Below, one piece after another: positions 58,854 through 64,000 of a stretch of DNA of 64,000 nucleotides; positions within the stretch are counted from its first letter, which is position 1; each line of letters opens with the position of its first letter. A program made the position numbers and the translations under genes. Under the pieces are notes generated by a model, which did not search any database, was not told where the DNA came from, and saw only the letters and a program-made list of their open reading frames with translations. Source of the stretch: a bacterium (lineage in GTDB: Bacteria; Elusimicrobiota; Elusimicrobia; UBA1565; UBA9628); assembly GCA_021846045.1 (NCBI GenBank), contig JAJZCM010000001.1:54457-118456 (forward strand). Reading direction: 5' to 3'.

Positions 58854-60239
58854 CTATGCTGCTTTTTCTACGGCTTTAAGAGTGAAGGAAAACGCGCTTC
58901 CTTTGCCGGGAGTCGAGCGGACCGCAACCTTTCCTCCATGGGCTTCAACGATGGACTTGACGATATAAAGCCCGAGGCCCGTGCCGCGTTCGGCTGGAGA
59001 CAGTCCTTGGGCATTGCTGTTCTTGCCTTGAGTAAAGGCTTGGAAGAGTTTCTTTAAGTCTTCTTCCGTCATTCCTTTCCCGTTATCCTGAACTGAAAAT
59101 TCAAAAAATCGCTCGTTTCCTTCCCTGAATTTTTCGGCTTTGAACTTGATTCCGCCGTTTTCAGGCGTGAATTTGAGAGCATTGGAGATAAGGTTTGAGA
59201 AGACTTGCCGGATTCTGTCGGGGTCGGCCATTGCCACTGATTCTTCGGGTATTTCGTTAGATAGTTGGACATTGTGTTCCTTGGCTTTCGGGCCAAAAAG
59301 GCTGAGCAAATCCGCGACAATAGGAGCAATGGCGGTGGGCTGGGGGGAACAGGTAAATTTACCTTGTTCGATTTTAGCCGCGTCCAAAAGTTGATTGATG
59401 AATTGTTCAAGCCGTTTCGCATTCTTTTCAATGCGATCCACATAGTCTAAGGATTGTTTTGAGGCGGGGGTTTCTTCCGCGTTCAATTTGTCTTTGATCA
59501 GGTCGGCAAGACTAATCATCGCGCCCAATGGAGTTCGCAATTCATGGGTGACGGATGAGACGAAGTTTTTCTTCATGGTGTCGAGTTCTTTAAGCTTTTC
59601 AGACATTTGATTAAAAGAATAAGCGAGAGCCCCGATTTCGTCTCTTGAGTTCCACTCAAGTTTTGCGCCTAAATGTCCGCTTCCCACTTGAGAAGCCACT
59701 TGCGCCAAGGATTTGAGCGGCAGGGTCAAGGCCCAGGCCGAAACCCAAGCGAGCAGGGTTCCAAAAATAATGGATAGGAGCCAAATTTTTAGAATTACCT
59801 GCACGAGTTTCGCTTTTGACTTGGCCAGCGCTTTATGAAGTATTGAGCGGTCAATGTAGAATTGCATGACCACGTTGCGCTTTGGGTTTTCCGGCGATGC
59901 GATATCAAAACGCCTTTCCTCGATGTCGGCGGATTTGGAAAGTTTGCCCAGTTCTATGTTTTGGATCATGGGAGGGTAATTCCAGGCGATCTTGGCGTAA
60001 GAGAGGGCCGGATATTGGGCTTTGAGGAAGTTGATATAGCTGACCAGTTGGAGCTCGTCTTTTTGAAGAAGAGCGTCCAAGGCCACTCTTTGAGCCGAGT
60101 TCTCGACCACGCGCGCTTGATTTTTTAGATCCTCTTTCTGAATGGCGCTGACGGAGACGACGATTCCGTAGCTGAGAATGGTCATCGTCCCCGTCAGTAG
60201 AAGGGTGGTCGTCAGGATGAATTTGCCTCCAATTTTCAT
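58854..60239 (-). CDS. sensor histidine kinase (TM-HAMP-HisKA-HATPase_c)
   Basis: HAMP region, then H-box VTHELRTPLGAM, and N/G boxes (GTGLGLYIVKSIVEAHGG). Confidence 0.85.
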   Translation of the reverse strand: MKIGGKFILTTTLLLTGTMTILSYGIVVSVSAIQKEDLKNQARVVENSAQRVALDALLQKDELQLVSYINFLKAQYPALSYAKIAWNYPPMIQNIELGKLSKSADIEERRFDIASPENPKRNVVMQFYIDRSILHKALAKSKAKLVQVILKIWLLSIIFGTLLAWVSAWALTLPLKSLAQVASQVGSGHLGAKLEWNSRDEIGALAYSFNQMSEKLKELDTMKKNFVSSVTHELRTPLGAMISLADLIKDKLNAEETPASKQSLDYVDRIEKNAKRLEQFINQLLDAAKIEQGKFTCSPQPTAIAPIVADLLSLFGPKAKEHNVQLSNEIPEESVAMADPDRIRQVFSNLISNALKFTPENGGIKFKAEKFREGNERFFEFSVQDNGKGMTEEDLKKLFQAFTQGKNSNAQGLSPAERGTGLGLYIVKSIVEAHGGKVAVRSTPGKGSAFSFTLKAVEKAA

Positions 60240-62275
60240 TGGAGTCCTCCAGCTTGAGACTCTTCGGCGCGCACTCTTTGAAGGGCTCTTTGCGCCGGCA
60301 CGTAGTCCGGCGCGACATTCAAGAGCTTTTGGAAGACGTTTTCGGCCTCTTTCAACCGGCCTTCGGCGTAGAAGGTGACTCCAGCCTGATAGAGATTTTC
60401 TATTTCTTGGGGCGAGACGCTTGCTTTTTTGACCTTCTTGAGCTTACCTCTCTTTTGAGCTGCCACTAGGTTTCTCAACGCGTCTAGCGCGGCCTCAATT
60501 TTCTTCAAGGAGTCCGGATTGGTCTCGTACTCATGAGATTTTCTGAAGGCCCATTGCGCCTTTGGATACTCTTTAAGCGCATAATAGGCCGCGCCCATGC
60601 GGAGATACGCTAGGGCATTGGTCGGATCAATCTTGACGACGCCCTCTCCCATGGCAATTACTTTATCATATTGCTTGAGATCGAGATTGACCTCCATGAG
60701 CGATAGGGCGCCTTGGAGATATTGATCTTTCGGAGTCTCCGCTTGCGCCGCTTTTGGAGCGGCCGGAGCCGGCGTTGGGGCTTCTTGAACGGAAGGCTGA
60801 ACCGGCGTCGGCTTTTGCGGCAGTTCACCGCTCAAGGCTTTCATCGCTTTCAACATATCCTTCAGTTTTTGATCATTGGGCGAAAGTTTTATCGCATAGT
60901 TAACGTGCTTCAAGGCTTTTTTGTCGTCTCCACTCAGGAAGTGAATAATTCCGACATAGAGAGAAGCATTGACGTCGCTTGAGCCGAAGTCCTTGAGCTC
61001 GGGATAAACGTTGGCGACAACCGCGAGTCTCGCTTGGGTTTCTGACAGGACTAGGTCTTTAGGACTGAGAGAAATTGCTTGATTAATTCGGTCCAAGGCA
61101 AGGGCGAATTTTCCTTGTTCCGCGTCGTCATGAGCTTGCTTGACAAAGTTGGCCACCGCGTCTTGTTCGAATCGGAGGAGGCGTCCCTCTTGGAATTTGA
61201 ATTTGGGCGTTCCAACTTGAGCCAATTCGCCGGTATTTTCAAGCAGCGCCTCTCCGTATGAGGCGTGTTCTTCCGGAGATTCGCCGAATCTAAAACTCAT
61301 GCCGAATCTCTGGGTGCCGTAAGCGCTCATCGAGATTCCAGACAACGGGAGTTCAAAACCGTAATCGAACTGCATTTTAAATATTCGGTATGAAAGACCC
61401 ATGGAGATTTGTCTGAAACTTAAGCTTCCTTCGCTGAGTCCGCCTCTGAGTCCAAAAGTTCCGTGCGCCAATGTGGGGAACCATTTCTCGGCCCCCAAGG
61501 AGATGATTTCACCCATCGTCATCGTCGGCTCTTGGATGATGTCGTATTCTCCGGTCAGAGTTGTAAACGGCGTTCGATAGGCCGCTCCAAATTTATAATC
61601 GCGAGCCAATGTTTCTCCCTGAGCCGGATCAAAAGCGATATTCGGCTCGAAGATATGTTGGCTGGCAAATCCGAAGTCCCAGTTGGCCAGCGGGCGGTAG
61701 AGAAGTCCCATGTCCATGTCGAAATTAGTCCTCGTGGTTTGATTGAGCACCGGATCCACGCTTCCAGTATTTGCGATCCCGGTCGGTCCCAGAGGCGAAC
61801 TGGCGAGAGTTCCCAGTCCGCTGAGCGAGCGATCGAGATATTTCAGCGTGAGCCCACCGTAGAGATGCCCGGGCAAGAGCCCTTGAGTATCAATTTCCCG
61901 CCCGTAAGAAGCGTAAATGCTGCTTTCTTGGTAGAAACCATTGAGGGCAAAACGGTTATACCCAAGTCCCAGCGTTCCTTGTCTTCCTTCATCGATCGGT
62001 TGAGCGTAACCAAAAAATGAGTTGGAAAGGTTGGAACTATCGGTCAGACCCGGATAGAATTGGGCATAGGTTGTAACCAATTCTGCGCGATCAAGCGTCG
62101 CAAGTCCGGCAGGGTTGTAATAGATGTCGTAAGCGTCATCGGCTACCGCCGTAAAGGCGTTCCCCATGCCAACGGCGCGCGCGCTGACCCCTAGGTCGTC
62201 ATAGGCGGCCTGAAGCCGGCGGGATACCAACATTCCCGCAGCAAGTAAAATTAAAATTTTTGTTTTATTTTTCAT
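60236..62275 (-). CDS. outer-membrane beta-barrel-like N-terminal domain (YNPAG motif; PorP/SprF- or PorV/FadL-like) fused to C-terminal TPR repeats
   Basis: Signal peptide, then GMGNAFTAVADDAYDIYYNPAGLA and alternating amphipathic strands ending in an aromatic residue (SFRFG). The C-terminal 300 aa are TPR-like. Confidence 0.5.
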   Translation of the reverse strand: MKNKTKILILLAAGMLVSRRLQAAYDDLGVSARAVGMGNAFTAVADDAYDIYYNPAGLATLDRAELVTTYAQFYPGLTDSSNLSNSFFGYAQPIDEGRQGTLGLGYNRFALNGFYQESSIYASYGREIDTQGLLPGHLYGGLTLKYLDRSLSGLGTLASSPLGPTGIANTGSVDPVLNQTTRTNFDMDMGLLYRPLANWDFGFASQHIFEPNIAFDPAQGETLARDYKFGAAYRTPFTTLTGEYDIIQEPTMTMGEIISLGAEKWFPTLAHGTFGLRGGLSEGSLSFRQISMGLSYRIFKMQFDYGFELPLSGISMSAYGTQRFGMSFRFGESPEEHASYGEALLENTGELAQVGTPKFKFQEGRLLRFEQDAVANFVKQAHDDAEQGKFALALDRINQAISLSPKDLVLSETQARLAVVANVYPELKDFGSSDVNASLYVGIIHFLSGDDKKALKHVNYAIKLSPNDQKLKDMLKAMKALSGELPQKPTPVQPSVQEAPTPAPAAPKAAQAETPKDQYLQGALSLMEVNLDLKQYDKVIAMGEGVVKIDPTNALAYLRMGAAYYALKEYPKAQWAFRKSHEYETNPDSLKKIEAALDALRNLVAAQKRGKLKKVKKASVSPQEIENLYQAGVTFYAEGRLKEAENVFQKLLNVAPDYVPAQRALQRVRAEESQAGGLQ

Positions 62276-62279
62276 GGGT

Positions 62280-62675
62280 TTACCTCACCACCACCACGGT
62301 CCCGCTATAAATTTGGCTTTCGACCGCTATTTGGTAAATATAAACTCCGCTGGCGACGATACTGCCGCTGAGTCCGCGTCCATTCCAGGAGACGTATTGG
62401 GGTAAAAATCCGCCTTGGGGACAACCAGTTCCCGCCGCCGGTTGATTGCCGCTCATTTGCGCGACCTTGGATCCTCTCATGTCGTAAATGGTTCCAATAA
62501 TTCCTGAATCGGCGGGGTTATCAAAGCAAAAGAGAATGGTCGAATTAGGACCGCCGGAAGAGGGGGTAACGAAGCGGCTTAAAGGGCCGTAGAATTTCAC
62601 GCTCCCATTTTGGGCTTTAGGATTATTCAGCATTAAAGCCACCAGCGCTGCCGCTAAAACTAATTTTCTTGCTTT
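62280..62675 (-). CDS. small secreted protein with C-terminal sorting domain (T9SS CTD / FlgD-Ig-like)
   Basis: Signal peptide; C-terminus VASGVYIYQIAVESQIYSGTVVVVR. Confidence 0.5.
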   Translation of the reverse strand, partial: KARKLVLAAALVALMLNNPKAQNGSVKFYGPLSRFVTPSSGGPNSTILFCFDNPADSGIIGTIYDMRGSKVAQMSGNQPAAGTGCPQGGFLPQYVSWNGRGLSGSIVASGVYIYQIAVESQIYSGTVVVVR

Positions 62676-62692
62676 CATGTTAGTCTCCTTTT

Positions 62693-64000
62693 TCACCGGG
62701 CTACCACCACGGTTCCGTTAAATATTTTTCCGCCGCCCTTGATCTGGTATATATAGACCCCGCTGGCGACGACAGCGCCGTTGGAAGACTGTCCATTCCA
62801 CTGGAGCTGGTTTCCACCGGGTCCGCTTTGCATATTGGCGACAAAGTCGCCTCTAACGTCAAAAATCTTTCCGCTAACTGAAACGTTGTTGGGGCCTGGA
62901 TCGTAGGTAAAAATAAGAACTGAATTGAGGCCTCCGGAAGTCGGCGTGATAATCCGGCTTGAAATATTTGAGATGTCAAAAACTGGAGAAGAAGTCGTGC
63001 GGTAGAGGCTTCTAATTTCAAAGGTTCCCAGATTGGGAGTTTCAACGTTGACAGTATGCTCCAGGAAGTTGATGGTTCCGTAAAGCTTGTTGAACTGAAT
63101 CCCGTTATCCCAATACATACCCATGTCTTGGGCGTTATAGTTCGATAGGGCCGGAATATCGGACGGAATGGGTTGTCCCCCAGAGTCAAGGATGTAGGCC
63201 AAGGAGATCGTTGCTGGGGATGAGAAATGGAAGTCGGGAATAATTTTATTGTTAACCATTGGCGTAAAGCTTGCCGAGCGCAAGACTCCTTCAGCTGAGC
63301 TTTGCGGCAGGAATGAGCGGGCGATTTGTACGTCACCGCCGTAAGAATTATGGGCGTGGTTAAGTTCAGAAATCTGATCGGCATGGAGCGTGATTCCGCT
63401 TAAGCAATCGTCGAGATAATAAGTCTGGTCGCCGGCGTAGGAAATTGTCGCTGCCGTCGTGGAAATTCCTAGGGAGTTAAAGGATTTTACTTGGTAGTAG
63501 TAGAGGTTTCCACCCATATTGTCGGTGAAAGAAGTGGCGGCATAAGCTTGGCTTGATAATAAGACGGTGTTGGGATCGCAGGCAATCGTAGACCGGAAAA
63601 TTTCATAGCCTTCAATTTCTCCTGCGCTTGGGGTCGTCGTGCTGACGAAAGAGACTCCGTCTCCAAACTGGGTTGTTTGAGACCAGGTGAGCGTGATGCT
63701 GGAACCAGTGATGTCGGCCACAACACCCAAGGGCTCCATTGGAAGAATAGTGGTGGGAACCGCTGAGACCGGGCTTGAGGGCGAGCTTTGCGAACCGCCC
63801 TGAATGACGGAAGTGATTTCATAGTAATAGGTGCTAAAGGGCGTCAGCGGGTAATCAATATAAGAGGTTGTCGTGGTCGTGGCAATTGAGATAAATCCAG
63901 TTCCGTTTTGGGTTGAACGGTAGAGATCGTAATAAATCAGGTTTGACGCTCCGGTATCTGTGCTGCTGAGAGCGCTCCAATTAATCAGATTTTCATCCAG
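62693..64000 (-). CDS. large surface protein with FN3-like repeats and C-terminal sorting domain (5' end beyond window)
   Basis: The frame stays open to the window edge. LTWSQ-type FN3 signatures are present, and the C-terminus VASGVYIYQIKGGGKIFNGTVVVAR is paralogous to the CTD of the 62280 gene. Confidence 0.5.
   Translation of the reverse strand: MDENLINWSALSSTDTGASNLIYYDLYRSTQNGTGFISIATTTTTSYIDYPLTPFSTYYYEITSVIQGGSQSSPSSPVSAVPTTILPMEPLGVVADITGSSITLTWSQTTQFGDGVSFVSTTTPSAGEIEGYEIFRSTIACDPNTVLLSSQAYAATSFTDNMGGNLYYYQVKSFNSLGISTTAATISYAGDQTYYLDDCLSGITLHADQISELNHAHNSYGGDVQIARSFLPQSSAEGVLRSASFTPMVNNKIIPDFHFSSPATISLAYILDSGGQPIPSDIPALSNYNAQDMGMYWDNGIQFNKLYGTINFLEHTVNVETPNLGTFEIRSLYRTTSSPVFDISNISSRIITPTSGGLNSVLIFTYDPGPNNVSVSGKIFDVRGDFVANMQSGPGGNQLQWNGQSSNGAVVASGVYIYQIKGGGKIFNGTVVVAR

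Overview
This 64-kb window is a bacterial chromosomal segment of about 50% GC. It has no rRNA or tRNA genes, tightly packed and often overlapping genes, and looks like an uncultivated, TPR-rich lineage. Housekeeping genes that can be identified are murC, rdgB, mutY, glgB, malQ, comM, dprA, topA, a Xer-type recombinase, purA and queC/queE. From about 24 kb to 55 kb lies a very large cell-envelope glycosylation locus. It contains a complete GDP-D-glycero-alpha-D-manno-heptose pathway (gmhB, hddC, hddA, gmhA), three SDR epimerases, six DPM1/ArnC-like GT2 enzymes, four to five ArnT/PMT-like GT-C membrane enzymes, and a Wzy_C/PglL-like protein fused to TPR repeats. It also contains a WecA/MraY-family initiating transferase, a B12-dependent radical-SAM enzyme, a Zn-ribbon SAM methyltransferase, and a signal-peptide-bearing TldD-like (HExxGH) / PmbA-like pair. 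The 3' end holds a minus-strand operon of FN3/CTD-sorted surface proteins, an outer-membrane beta-barrel-TPR protein and a two-component system. The most unusual feature I can see directly is a dispersed ~90-bp double-hairpin repeat family with at least 7 copies. The two stems are CCCCGAC-GAAA-GTCGGGG and TTCCGGC-TTTC-GCCGGAA. The element behaves like Rickettsia RPE elements: it is translated in frame inside ORFs, it supplies the same C-terminal tail and stop codon to two unrelated enzymes, one copy carries a nested 51-nt palindromic insertion, and one copy shows compensatory stem changes. Other notable points are an RdgB ORF that continues with no stop codon into a signal-peptide TPR protein, a 2-kb glycine-zipper surface protein with a near-perfect ~417-bp tandem duplication, a DnaA-like AAA+ paralog without domain IV, an array of four helically phased DnaA-box-like 10-mers in a glycan-locus gap, a hicBA toxin-antitoxin pair, and queC/queE co-operonic with a DEDDh exonuclease and glycosyltransferases.
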